From Candidatus Cloacimonadales bacterium (GTDB taxonomy: Bacteria > Cloacimonadota > Cloacimonadia > Cloacimonadales > JAFGVF01), in assembly GCA_963662585.1 (NCBI GenBank), contig OY759729.1, forward strand, positions 288,001-352,000: a DNA stretch of 64,000 nucleotides, in the 5' to 3' direction. Positions within the stretch are counted from its first letter, which is position 1, and the number at the start of each line of letters is the position of its first letter. The notes beneath the pieces were generated by a model that made no database searches, was not told the DNA's origin, and saw nothing but the letters and a program-made list of their open reading frames with translations. A program made the position numbers and the translations under genes. Of this stretch, positions 32,186 to 42,235 are shown in pieces.

Positions 32186-33472
32186 TTATTTTCCTTTCTT
32201 ATCAGTTTTATCTAAATTTTGTTTGTAAAGGATTACACAATCTTTTATTGTTCCTTTTCCTTGGACAATATCTTCAGCAAGAGCATAGCAGGTGGGACAT
32301 CCACAAGCACTGCAATTGATTCCTGGAAGTTGTTTAACAATCGTTTGAATTTTCTGAATCTTTTCTAAAGCTGCAAATAAATTATCATCAAGTTCCATTA
32401 TTGAACGAGGCTTAAGTTTAGGCACCCCAAATTTACCCTTCTTGTGTAATCTCCAAAACTCTTTATAATCTAACTTATCATCATTAACTTTTTGGGCTAA
32501 CTTCTTCAACCTACTCATAGCAATGAACTTATTCTCTACATTCAAGCCACCACCAACGCAACCCACATCGCAACTGCGTAATACTACATATTGATACTGA
32601 TCAAAATGGTGATCTTCAATCCGAGAAAGTATATCGATACAGTTATCAATACCTGTAACCGAAAGAACTCTGATATCATCTGAATCTATTTTATCAGCTT
32701 CTTTGGCAGCAATCCCGTAAGTTAAACCACTCTCATAAGTATCAATAGGCTTGTCATCATACCAGGCTTCTTTAACAACTTCTTGGGCTCTACTATATAT
32801 TTGCCTAATAGAAAAAGCACCATCTTGATAACTCTTGTAAGTCCCCTCAGGTTGATGAACAGCTGTAACTTGAGATACACAAGGAACAATTAAAAAGACC
32901 CCTATTTCCTCATCAGTATATTGGTATTTCTCTTTAGCTTGTTCGCGTAAATAGTAGGATAGAATACTCATGGGAGCTTCTATGTGAAATAAATTTGGAA
33001 GTAAGGATGGAAACCTTACCTGAATCAATCTTACAATTGCTGGACATCCACTGGATAAAACAGGTCGGATATCTTTATTCTCACGAATATATTTCTGAAT
33101 CATCTCTGACATAAAATCTACAACACTTGATTCTTCAGCTACTTCGTCAAAACCTAATTTGAGGATTGTCTTCTTGATAGTTGCATAATCATTCTCTTCA
33201 GTAAACTGCCCAGCATACACTGTTGAGAATATAGCTATTCTATATTTATAGTTATTAATGATTTCAAAGTCGTCAGAATAAGGTACAATTGCCTTAAAAG
33301 AACAAGCTTCTATACAATTGCCACAATCAATACACCTTCTTTCATCAAGAATTATCGTATTATTTCTTATTCTAATTGCTTCGGTTGGACACACTTTAAC
33401 ACAAGCAGTACATCCCGTACAATTTTCTTGCTTAATTCTCAAAGCATGAAAATACTCGTTTTTCTGATACAT
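32186..33472 (-). CDS. [FeFe]-hydrogenase large-subunit-like Fe-S protein with degenerate H-cluster motifs
   Basis: Two CxxCxxCxxxC ferredoxin motifs; SSGCP, VPCVSQ, SCDVGCVGGG; C-terminal CSACGCPTC..C. Confidence 0.8.
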   Translation of the reverse strand: MYQKNEYFHALRIKQENCTGCTACVKVCPTEAIRIRNNTIILDERRCIDCGNCIEACSFKAIVPYSDDFEIINNYKYRIAIFSTVYAGQFTEENDYATIKKTILKLGFDEVAEESSVVDFMSEMIQKYIRENKDIRPVLSSGCPAIVRLIQVRFPSLLPNLFHIEAPMSILSYYLREQAKEKYQYTDEEIGVFLIVPCVSQVTAVHQPEGTYKSYQDGAFSIRQIYSRAQEVVKEAWYDDKPIDTYESGLTYGIAAKEADKIDSDDIRVLSVTGIDNCIDILSRIEDHHFDQYQYVVLRSCDVGCVGGGLNVENKFIAMSRLKKLAQKVNDDKLDYKEFWRLHKKGKFGVPKLKPRSIMELDDNLFAALEKIQKIQTIVKQLPGINCSACGCPTCYALAEDIVQGKGTIKDCVILYKQNLDKTDKKGK

Positions 33473-33485
33473 ATATTCCTGCTAT

Positions 33486-33992
33486 CTATTTAAAATATGT
33501 TATAATCTCTAATATAGTATTTCTTCCTCTTACTGAATCAAGATGCATAACATCTGAATTCTTTTTTATGTTTGGTAAACCCAGTCCAGCTCCGAAGCCC
33601 ATTTCACGAACATATTCTACAGCTGTAGAAAATCCTGGCTCTAAAGCTTTATTAATATCTTCAATCCCTGGACCGATGTCTTCAAATACTATATGCACTA
33701 AGTCAGCATGCACATTACTTTTCATAACTCCACCTTCTGAATGAGCAGCCAGATTGATTTCAGCTTCATAAGAAGCTACAGCAACCTTGCGTAAAACTAC
33801 TGGATCAATTCCTAGTTTCTTTAATAATCTCTTCAGTTCAGCAGAACCATTCCCCGCGTTGATAAAGTCGTGCTTAGTTACTTCATACTCTAAAGAAATA
33901 GCAGGAGCAGGCCTCTCCTTGAGAAATACTTCAGCTCTTTCTTTAAAGTCTTCATTGATATTCCAATATTCTGCCATATTTAGATTTGACAA
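33486..33992 (-). CDS. HATPase_c Ser/Thr kinase (anti-sigma-factor-like)
   Basis: YEAEIN N-box, DIGPGI, GFST, GFGAGLGLPNI. Confidence 0.85.
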   Translation of the reverse strand: MSNLNMAEYWNINEDFKERAEVFLKERPAPAISLEYEVTKHDFINAGNGSAELKRLLKKLGIDPVVLRKVAVASYEAEINLAAHSEGGVMKSNVHADLVHIVFEDIGPGIEDINKALEPGFSTAVEYVREMGFGAGLGLPNIKKNSDVMHLDSVRGRNTILEIITYFK

Positions 33993-34327
33993 GATCTGAG
34001 GTCCTTGTTATAAAGAAGACCTGCGGATTTGTACATTGTCATTTTGGTAGTAATTAATGGTAGTTCTCTCTCAATAGCCATATCAATAAGGTCTTGAGGA
34101 GGTCTTTTACCTCTAACAAAAACTACGCCTAACAAATCGATCATATCGGATAATCTAATAACTTGCGGGTTAGTTAATCCTGTTAATAATAATGTAGATT
34201 CTTTGGTGCACATTAAGATGTCAGATATTAAATCAGATCCAAAAGCACAAGGTATATCAACCTCTACATCGGCGTCTGGAGTCAATAACTCACCTTCTAA
34301 TAACTCTAAGATATCTTTCAATTTCAT
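33980..34327 (-). CDS. DRTGG-like domain protein
   Basis: FGSDLISDIL, LLLTGL, FVRGK. Confidence 0.75.
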   Translation of the reverse strand: MKLKDILELLEGELLTPDADVEVDIPCAFGSDLISDILMCTKESTLLLTGLTNPQVIRLSDMIDLLGVVFVRGKRPPQDLIDMAIERELPLITTKMTMYKSAGLLYNKDLRSCQI

Positions 34328-34730
34328 GATAATCCCTTCTTATTAATTATGTATTTTTACAAATAATTAAATTTGACGATTTTAAGTCAAGTAATATTCG
34401 CCTTGTTTTTTCTTAACTTAAGATATCTAAGTCCAAACTAGTTAAAATTAATTTTATCCAAGTTATTAACTTCTTAATATTTCATTCAGAATATTAAGCT
34501 AAAGATTATCTAATAAACCAATCAGAAATAATATGCTATTTGGAAGACTATTTTTTTGAAATCTTCATTATTCTGCATATATCTCCTGTTTTCAATAATT
34601 TATCATAATATAGCTTATCTGTTATATTTATTTAAATGAAGTTAATTTTAGATTTATAACATTTTATCTTGACACATCATTATTTAAAATATTTATTTGC
34701 ATTGTAATTAATTTAAATAATGGAGGAAAA

Positions 34731-35288
34731 ATGAAGATTTCAAAAATTATTGTAGTATTTATGTTGATTTCAATAGCGATATTGTCAGTCGCATGTTCTT
34801 CAAACAAAGGACCAAAGCACGAACAAGTAGATCATGTAATAATGTATTATCCTGAATGGTGGGATTTACAGGATAACCCTGAATTCGTTTATACTTATGG
34901 TGAAGGTGTAAAAATGACTAGTTCAACTGCTAAGGACGCAGCTTATGCTAATGCAATGCTTCAAGCAGCTAACTATGTAGAAACAAAAGTTAAAGGTATG
35001 ATAAAAAACTTTGAAGAAGAAGCAGGTGTTAATGACCCTCAAGTTTTAGCATTAACTTCTAAAGTTGTTAAAGTAGTTGCAAGTGCCACTTTCAAAGGTG
35101 CTAGTATCGACAAAAGTGAAACAATCAAACAAAAAGATAACAAAATAAAAGTCTTTGTTAAAGTTAGAATCCCTCTAAGTGAAGTTAATAAACAAACTGT
35201 AAATGCTATTAAGAATGAAGAAGCACTTTATAATGAATTTAAAGCTTCTCAAAGATTTGAAGAATTAGAAAAAGAACTCGGTAACTAA
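34731..35288 (+). CDS. Lipoprotein (LPP20-like)
   Basis: Lipobox SVAC, PEW, YGEG..AKDAA pattern; GGAGG RBS. Confidence 0.6.
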   Translation: MKISKIIVVFMLISIAILSVACSSNKGPKHEQVDHVIMYYPEWWDLQDNPEFVYTYGEGVKMTSSTAKDAAYANAMLQAANYVETKVKGMIKNFEEEAGVNDPQVLALTSKVVKVVASATFKGASIDKSETIKQKDNKIKVFVKVRIPLSEVNKQTVNAIKNEEALYNEFKASQRFEELEKELGN

Positions 35289-35307
35289 TCAGTTCTTAAA
35301 ATATAAT

Positions 35308-35331
35308 AAGCGGTCTTATGACCGCTTTTTT
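35308..35331 (+). terminator. Intrinsic terminator
   Basis: AAGCGGTC-TTAT-GACCGCTT followed by T run. Confidence 0.75.
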
Positions 35332-35363
35332 AATTTAAATAAAAATATATATAAGGATAATCA

Positions 35364-36614
35364 ATGATAGATTTTTCTAAAATAACAAATATAGAGGATA
35401 CTGTAGTTAGCAAATTCTTGAGATATGTGCAGATAGAAACTACTTCAGATGATAATGGTAGCCCTAACCCAACAACAACAAATCAGTGGGATCTAGCTAA
35501 TATTTTAAGTAGTGAACTGACAGAGTTAGGATTAGTCGATGTAGAAGTTGATGAACATTGCTATGTATACGCTAAACTACCTGCGTCACCTAATGTAAAG
35601 ACCGACCCTATAACATTTTTAGCTCATCTAGACACAAGTCCTGCAGTATCAGGAAAAGATGTTAAGCCCTTGTTGAGAAAAAGTTATCAAGGTGAAGATT
35701 TAGCTTATCCATGCAATGATGAACTCTTCTTAAAGCCTTCAGAATTTCCTAAACTTTTAGATTATATTGGGGAACAGATCATAACTTCCTCAGGCGATAC
35801 TCTCTTGGGAGCAGATGATAAAGCTGGGATTGCAGAGATAATGACAGCATTAGCTATTTTCACAAGTCATCCAGAATTAAAACATCCAGAGTTAAGAATC
35901 TGCTTTACTCCTGATGAAGAGGTGGGTGCTGGTACTGAAAATATTTCCCGCGAGAGAATTGGTAAGATAGCTTATACTATCGATGGTGGGGAGATTGGTG
36001 AGTTAGAAGATGAATGCTTTGATGCTCACAGTGTTAAAATCACTATTCACGGACAAAATGTTCATCCTGGGAAAGCTAAGAATATAATGATTAATGCAGG
36101 CAAAATAGCTTCTGAATTTGTCTCTCTATTCCCAGAACAAGAGAGTCCTGAGACCACCCAAGGTCGAGAAGGTTTTTATCATGTAAGAAGTATTCAAGGT
36201 GAAGAAAGCAATGCTTCAATAGATATAATTTTAAGAGATTTCGCTGAAGAGAATAACTTAAGAAGAATAGAATTTATCGAAGCTACAGCTGAGTTGTTAA
36301 GGATAAAATATCCTGGAGTACAGATTTCCATTAAACATTCTAATAGCTATAAGAATATGAAGACTATTCTAGATAAACATCCTCAAGTGGTTAAAAAGGC
36401 TGAAGAAGTGATGCTAGATCTAGGTATTAATCCACTCAGAACTCCTATTCGGGGTGGCACAGATGGAGCAAAACTCTGCTATCTCGGAGTCCCAACACCC
36501 AATATCTTTACTGGTGGTTTTCTTTATCACTCTTTAAGAGAATGGATTCCTGTTTCTTCTATGGTAGCTGCAGTTAAGGTAATTATTGCTCTTTCCGCTA
36601 GTTGGACTAAATAA
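35364..36614 (+). CDS. pepT: Peptidase T (M20B tripeptidase)
   Basis: AHLDTS, TLLGADDKAG, FTPDEEVG, AYTIDG, VHPG.AK, PIRGGTDG. Confidence 0.93.
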   Translation: MIDFSKITNIEDTVVSKFLRYVQIETTSDDNGSPNPTTTNQWDLANILSSELTELGLVDVEVDEHCYVYAKLPASPNVKTDPITFLAHLDTSPAVSGKDVKPLLRKSYQGEDLAYPCNDELFLKPSEFPKLLDYIGEQIITSSGDTLLGADDKAGIAEIMTALAIFTSHPELKHPELRICFTPDEEVGAGTENISRERIGKIAYTIDGGEIGELEDECFDAHSVKITIHGQNVHPGKAKNIMINAGKIASEFVSLFPEQESPETTQGREGFYHVRSIQGEESNASIDIILRDFAEENNLRRIEFIEATAELLRIKYPGVQISIKHSNSYKNMKTILDKHPQVVKKAEEVMLDLGINPLRTPIRGGTDGAKLCYLGVPTPNIFTGGFLYHSLREWIPVSSMVAAVKVIIALSASWTK

Positions 36615-36615
36615 T

Positions 36616-37296
36616 ATGTGTGGAAGATTTGCCCAAGTAATAAAACATAACTATCTAAAGAAATATTTAGATGAGTTAGCTAATCCTGAATTTACTATTC
36701 CAATAAACTTTAATGTTGCACCTACACAGCAAGTAGGACTTCTATTTTCAGATAGTAAAAGAATAATTCAGGATTTTATGCAGTGGAAATTAATTCCTGC
36801 TTGGGCAAATGATTCTTCTCCCTACAATATTATTAACACTCGAATTGAATCTGTTCAGGAGAAAGCTGTATGGAGAGGACTCTTTCGTCATAAACGCTGT
36901 TTAATTCCAGCAAATGGATTTTATGAATGGCATAAAGAGACTAAAGAACCATACTTTATCAAGCTAAAGGAAGAAGAATTACTCTTTATGGCAGGGATAT
37001 ATGATATGAAGTTGTATCCTGATGGTTCCATTCTAGCGAGTTTCTCAATTCTGACTAAAGAAGCAAATGCCCAAATCTCACCAATACACCACAGAATGCC
37101 TATTATTGTAGCTAATAGTCAGTTAGAAGATTATATTGTTAATTCAGATTATCAAGAAGTGTTGAAAAATTGCAACACTAACCAGAAAAGTACTTTTGAC
37201 ATCTATCCAGTTTCTAAGGCAGTTAATAAGACTTCGAACAACTATCCAGAGCTTATGCAGGAGTATTTTAAAGAAGAAAACTTAACTCTATTCTAA
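36616..37296 (+). CDS. SOS response-associated peptidase (SRAP/YedK/HMCES)
   Basis: True start MCGRF puts Cys at position 2; NVAPT, RCLIPANGFYEW, HHRMP. Confidence 0.92.
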   Translation: MCGRFAQVIKHNYLKKYLDELANPEFTIPINFNVAPTQQVGLLFSDSKRIIQDFMQWKLIPAWANDSSPYNIINTRIESVQEKAVWRGLFRHKRCLIPANGFYEWHKETKEPYFIKLKEEELLFMAGIYDMKLYPDGSILASFSILTKEANAQISPIHHRMPIIVANSQLEDYIVNSDYQEVLKNCNTNQKSTFDIYPVSKAVNKTSNNYPELMQEYFKEENLTLF

Positions 37297-38695
37297 GAGA
37301 TTTTACTTTATCATTGTATAAGGAATGAATAAGAGAGCTTTTTAGTAAGAAGTTATGAAATTTAGGGGTCTGATAGTTAAATAATATTAGAAAATCTTCT
37401 GAATATTCATAAAAAGTAGCTATGATATTTTCATCAATATCTTCAACAGTCTCTTCATTTTTATAATTATCTAATACTTTCAAGTTCACTTGTAATTTCC
37501 CATACTTAGCTTTTCCATTAAACTCTACTTGATACATATTGGCAACTCCCCCTTTCTCTTTATTATTCAAAGTATAATTAAAGGTAATATTAGAATTATC
37601 AAAATCAAAGAGCTTTAGTTTGAATGTATGGGTATATTTCTCTTGTTTTATTGATTGAAAATCCTGATATACCTCTTGTTGAAGTAGGTAACTAAACTTC
37701 TTAACTGTTGCTAGTCGAACACTACTTTTACTTCTCCATTGATTTATTTGTTGGTTAGATTTTAATTCTGAAGCTAGTGTTAAGTTTAAGTTTGCCAACT
37801 TGACAGAACATTCGCCTGAGTAAAGGGTTGAATTTGTGTTATATTTATTACTTATTCCAGCGTTTAACCAATTGAGGGAATAGCTAGGAAGTGATTTATA
37901 TTTCCAGATAGTTTCAAAGTAATCTCTATTAAAACTTGCCCAAAAAGAGTGGGAAAATCGAGAGAAGAGATAATTCGTTTCATATCGGATATCAAGATTT
38001 TCTAACTGATATGTAGCATAACTTGAAAATATTAGAAATCTCTCTTTGTTGTTCAACTGTTTTAACTGCTTTGAAGTAGTGAATTGCGCTGTTAACAGGC
38101 TTAGATTAAAGTCATCGTAATTTTTACTTAGAATTAATCCACTCTGTTTTAAAGCAATCTTATCACTATCATAATAGACTATTCTTCTTTGACCATCTGA
38201 ATCGATTATTGTATTTAAGCTACTATTGGAATAGAAGAGACTAAACTTATAAGAATCTAACTGATATGTACTAAAGAATCCTTGGAGATCTAATTGGGAT
38301 TTAGATAATACTTTTGAGAGATAATCTTCAGTTGATGCTCTTTTATAAATGCTACCCAAGCCAAAAGCAGGACGGTAATTACCAAAACCAAGACTATACT
38401 TAGCAGATTGATATTTAGCAAAAATCCTTGCTTTATCTTGTTTATAAAATTGAGTACTGATCTTCTTATTTTGGGTATGGAAAAAGAGTCTGTTATTGCT
38501 TGAATCTAGAAAATCCTTTCTAAAATTGATTTTTAACTTATTATCAGTCCAAGCATCTAACCATCTCTCTTCTACTTCATTGTTTCTTATTTCTATTAAT
38601 TCCTCTTCTTCTTGATAATCATAAATCTCTGTATTAGAGTAAAGCAAATTCAATGAGATTAGAAGTAGCAGAGTTGCTAATTTCTTACATATCAT
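37268..38695 (-). CDS. Hypothetical secreted/outer-membrane protein
   Basis: Signal peptide, alternating beta-strand pattern, C-terminal aromatic strand. Confidence 0.55.
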   Translation of the reverse strand: MICKKLATLLLLISLNLLYSNTEIYDYQEEEELIEIRNNEVEERWLDAWTDNKLKINFRKDFLDSSNNRLFFHTQNKKISTQFYKQDKARIFAKYQSAKYSLGFGNYRPAFGLGSIYKRASTEDYLSKVLSKSQLDLQGFFSTYQLDSYKFSLFYSNSSLNTIIDSDGQRRIVYYDSDKIALKQSGLILSKNYDDFNLSLLTAQFTTSKQLKQLNNKERFLIFSSYATYQLENLDIRYETNYLFSRFSHSFWASFNRDYFETIWKYKSLPSYSLNWLNAGISNKYNTNSTLYSGECSVKLANLNLTLASELKSNQQINQWRSKSSVRLATVKKFSYLLQQEVYQDFQSIKQEKYTHTFKLKLFDFDNSNITFNYTLNNKEKGGVANMYQVEFNGKAKYGKLQVNLKVLDNYKNEETVEDIDENIIATFYEYSEDFLILFNYQTPKFHNFLLKSSLIHSLYNDKVKSLRIELSFLL

Positions 38696-39479
38696 ATATT
38701 ATTGATATATAGTGACTTGAATCTAGTTGGGGATGAGTATTTATGGCATAGTTAATATTAACTCTTTTATAATCTAAGCCTAAACCGAAATAGATTTGGT
38801 TTGGTTCAAGCGAATAGCCTGATAACAATGTCAGAGAATTTATTAAATCATAACGAAAGCCAAACCTAGTTGAGACTTTATGTTTCTTCTCTTTTTGAAA
38901 TCCTATTGCGACAAAAGTTTCAGGGAGAGGATTATAACTTATTTCAGTACTGAAAATATTCGGTAAATCTATTCTTGAGCTATTTTTATGAAAAAGATTT
39001 GTATAATTAAGGGCTAAGCAGGTCTTCTCTTGAGTAATCTTACAGCCAATATCAGTGATAGTAAAGAAGTAATTCTCTGTTTCGTTGATAGAAATAAATT
39101 TCTGACTAATCCCAAGCGTAATAATATTTTGAAATGAATAATTATAGGAAAGATAATTAGAATAGAGCTTATAGAAATCACTTAGAAGATAGAGTGAGCC
39201 GACTGAAAGATGGTTATTATGATATTTTTTAGAAAATGTGATATTTCCATTTTCTACACCTGAGAACTGAAAGGGTTGGGAGATTGAAGTAGATATTCCT
39301 GAATTGGAAACACCAGCTTGATAATAATCTGTTAAGGGTGAATTTGAGATTAAGTTAAGATTGGCCACTCCTACTCGAGCTGCACAGTTATCAAGATAAA
39401 TATGACCAAATAAACTACAATTAACCAAACATAAATAATAGAATAACCATACTAATTTCATATAACCTCTTAAACCCAA
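38685..39479 (-). CDS. Hypothetical outer-membrane beta-barrel protein
   Basis: Signal peptide and barrel-like C-terminus (FGLGLDY..INYA..HPQLDSSH). Confidence 0.55.
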   Translation of the reverse strand: MGLRGYMKLVWLFYYLCLVNCSLFGHIYLDNCAARVGVANLNLISNSPLTDYYQAGVSNSGISTSISQPFQFSGVENGNITFSKKYHNNHLSVGSLYLLSDFYKLYSNYLSYNYSFQNIITLGISQKFISINETENYFFTITDIGCKITQEKTCLALNYTNLFHKNSSRIDLPNIFSTEISYNPLPETFVAIGFQKEKKHKVSTRFGFRYDLINSLTLLSGYSLEPNQIYFGLGLDYKRVNINYAINTHPQLDSSHYISIIYDM

Positions 39480-39498
39480 TTAATACTCTACCTGAGTT

Positions 39499-39530
39499 AA
39501 AAATAAGACTCCCTAACCAAAGGGAGTCTT
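39499..39530 (-). terminator. Intrinsic terminator after the sugar ABC ATPase
   Basis: AAGACTCCCT-N6-AGGGAGTCTT then ATTTTT on the minus strand. Confidence 0.7.
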
Positions 39531-39546
39531 AACAAAATTTATCTTA

Positions 39547-40650
39547 TTAGAATAGTGAAAGTTCACTCTCCTTATCAAATATTTTAATCTTCTTCATATC
39601 AATAGTAATTTTGATATTCTCATCAATCTTTGGCATCTTTTTAGGATCGAAACGAGCGGTAAGTTTAGCATGTTTTGTCTTTAAGAAGACAACAAACTCA
39701 TTTCCCATTGGCTCTACGATATCGCAAAATGCTTCAATTTTTTCAGGATTCTCAGCTAAGTCATCATAGTCTGAATCATAAAGATCTTCAGGTCTAATAC
39801 CTAAAGTTACTTCTTTGTTTATATAATCTTTCAATATAGCATTGTGTTCTTCATTAATCTTCAAGGTAACATCTTCATCTGTAAAATAGATTGCATCGCC
39901 TTTTTTAACGATTTTACCTTTTAACTGATTAATGGCAGGGGAACCTATAAAGCCAGCAACAAAAAGATTTACCGGATGATTATATAGGTTAAGTGGTGAA
40001 TCTATCTGATGAATAATACCATCTTTCATAACTACAATTTTATCTGCCATAGTCATAGCTTCAACTTGGTCATGAGTAACATAGATCATAGTTGTCTCTA
40101 AAGTTTTGTGGAGCTTACTAATTTCGGCTCTCATCTGAACTCTAAGTTTAGCATCGAGATTGGATAGAGGTTCATCAAAGAGAAATACTGCAGGTTTTCT
40201 GACAATAGCTCTACCAAGGGCTACACGCTGTCTTTGACCACCAGATAATTGTTTTGGCTTTCTATCTAATAAACTTTCAATACCTAATAATTTGGCTGCG
40301 TCATTAACTTTTTTATCAATCTCTTCTTTAGATTCTTTGCGTAATTTTAAAGCAAAAGCCATATTATCATAAATTGTCATGTGAGGATAAAGAGCATAGT
40401 TTTGAAAAACCATGGCAATATCTCTATCTTTGGGAGCTACATTATTAACAACTTTATCACCAATTTTTATTTCACCATCAGTTATATCTTCAAGTCCCGC
40501 TATAAGTCTGAGGGTAGTTGTTTTACCACAGCCCGAAGGACCAACTAAAACTACAAATTCTTTATCTTCAGCGACGAAATTTGCACTTTTCACAGCATGA
40601 AAGCCATTATCATATATTTTATTGACATTGTTCACAATCACTTGTGCCAT
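39547..40650 (-). CDS. Sugar ABC transporter ATPase (MalK/UgpC/MsmX family)
   Basis: GPSGCGKTT, MVFQNYALYPH, LSGGQRQRVALGR, DEPLSNLD, YVTHDQ. Confidence 0.93.
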   Translation of the reverse strand: MAQVIVNNVNKIYDNGFHAVKSANFVAEDKEFVVLVGPSGCGKTTTLRLIAGLEDITDGEIKIGDKVVNNVAPKDRDIAMVFQNYALYPHMTIYDNMAFALKLRKESKEEIDKKVNDAAKLLGIESLLDRKPKQLSGGQRQRVALGRAIVRKPAVFLFDEPLSNLDAKLRVQMRAEISKLHKTLETTMIYVTHDQVEAMTMADKIVVMKDGIIHQIDSPLNLYNHPVNLFVAGFIGSPAINQLKGKIVKKGDAIYFTDEDVTLKINEEHNAILKDYINKEVTLGIRPEDLYDSDYDDLAENPEKIEAFCDIVEPMGNEFVVFLKTKHAKLTARFDPKKMPKIDENIKITIDMKKIKIFDKESELSLF

Positions 40651-40653
40651 ATA

Positions 40654-40986
40654 TTATTCTCCTGTTGGATTATTATTTTCTTCAGCTTCAATTACTTTAA
40701 TTACTCGTTCATTCTCTTTTTGCATTCCATACTCTTCTCGAGCTACTTTAATTAGATATTCATCATCATGAATCAGACGGCTAATTTCAGCATCAGTCTC
40801 TTCAATTTTAGTCAAAATTTCTTCATATTGTTGTTTTGTCTTTTTTGCTCTGACACTGTTTTTGTAAACACTTAGAAAGCTTCCTCTTCCGATAAAGCTG
40901 AGTTTAAAGAGAAGAACTACTACTAATATAAGTAACGAATATTTAATCTTTTTTGAGAGGGGAACTCCTCTTTTTAATCTATCCAT
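40654..40986 (-). CDS. FtsB/DivIC septum formation initiator family
   Basis: TM helix, coiled coil, AREEYGMQKENE; start inferred at MDRLK. Confidence 0.75.
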   Translation of the reverse strand: MDRLKRGVPLSKKIKYSLLILVVVLLFKLSFIGRGSFLSVYKNSVRAKKTKQQYEEILTKIEETDAEISRLIHDDEYLIKVAREEYGMQKENERVIKVIEAEENNNPTGE

Positions 40987-41083
40987 ATTTCTCTCTCTTA
41001 GTTTAGTATTTACAATTAAGTTAGTGAACAAAATATCAGTCAAGACTTTTTTTAATAAAAATCTCACATCTTATCTAGCTATT

Positions 41084-42235
41084 CTATACTCCCTTATTTG
41101 ATTGCGGTAATATTCTGTTAGCAATAGAAGATTTAACTATTTCTATAGCTTGATGAGGACAAAATTCATGACAGCATAAACAGCGAATGCAAAGCTTATC
41201 ATCGATCTTTAAATTCCCTTTAGAATCCTCTTTTATTGCATTTACAGGGCAAGAATTCATACAGATATTACATTTTTTACATTCATCTGTAATTACAGGT
41301 TTGTACCAAAAAAGTGATTTAAATATTTTGTTAACCCCATTAGGGATATTGTTTAAAATCTTACTTCGAAGTTTAACAATTCCGGTATCGACATTGGGAA
41401 TAATATTTTCTTGCCATAAGTAATTGCTCGCTATTCTTGATGGTAAAACTCCATCAATCTGCATAGTAAGTCTAATTAATTCTATATCTAGAGGTTTAAA
41501 ACCCATCATATAAGCAGCGACAAAATCTACAGAGGATGGACACTCAGAGGCAAAAAGATAACCAAAGTTACGAGCTTTTCCCCCACTTGGTCCTTTTCCT
41601 TCCATTCCCAGGATTCCATCAATCACTGAAAAGAGCACTTTTGGTTTAAGGCTTTCATATAGTTTTGCTAAGAATTGGGCAAACTTTTGTGAATTAGGAT
41701 ATTCTCTATGGTAGTCTGCTTTTTTCAATCCGGGTACCAAGCCATATAGATTCTTCACCGCACCTGTAAATTGCATCAAAGAATGAGTTTTGTATTTAGC
41801 AAGATTGATTATATAATCTATTTCATCATAGAGCTTAGTATAAGCAATTGAAAAACCTGAGTTATTAACATTAACTACTTGGTATTTGTTAAGGTTAACT
41901 ATTTCAACTCCATATCTATCAGCAAGATCCCTAATACCACATTTAGTTAAAACAGTCTCATAATTTAAAGAACCACCTGGTGAATCTCCAACTAGAATAG
42001 TACATTCTATAGTTTGCAGAATCTGAATTACTGCTTCTAATATTACAGGATGAGTAGTTACAGCACTCTCAGGAGTAAAAGCTCCCAACAAATTAGGCTT
42101 AAGTAAAATGACCTTGCCAACTAATGTAGGAAGTACTCTATCTTTATTCAAGACAGTTCTTTTAAAAAAGGCAACTATCTTAGCTAAATCATAATCCTCT
42201 ATTCTTTTGATTAGAACTTTATTTTTAGTCTTCAT
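41084..42235 (-). CDS. DUF362 domain protein with C-terminal 2x[4Fe-4S] ferredoxin
   Basis: LLKPNLL, TTHP, GDSPG, KYKTH, TGAVKNLYG, GMEGKGP; CxxCxxCxxxCP twice. Confidence 0.88.
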   Translation of the reverse strand: MKTKNKVLIKRIEDYDLAKIVAFFKRTVLNKDRVLPTLVGKVILLKPNLLGAFTPESAVTTHPVILEAVIQILQTIECTILVGDSPGGSLNYETVLTKCGIRDLADRYGVEIVNLNKYQVVNVNNSGFSIAYTKLYDEIDYIINLAKYKTHSLMQFTGAVKNLYGLVPGLKKADYHREYPNSQKFAQFLAKLYESLKPKVLFSVIDGILGMEGKGPSGGKARNFGYLFASECPSSVDFVAAYMMGFKPLDIELIRLTMQIDGVLPSRIASNYLWQENIIPNVDTGIVKLRSKILNNIPNGVNKIFKSLFWYKPVITDECKKCNICMNSCPVNAIKEDSKGNLKIDDKLCIRCLCCHEFCPHQAIEIVKSSIANRILPQSNKGV

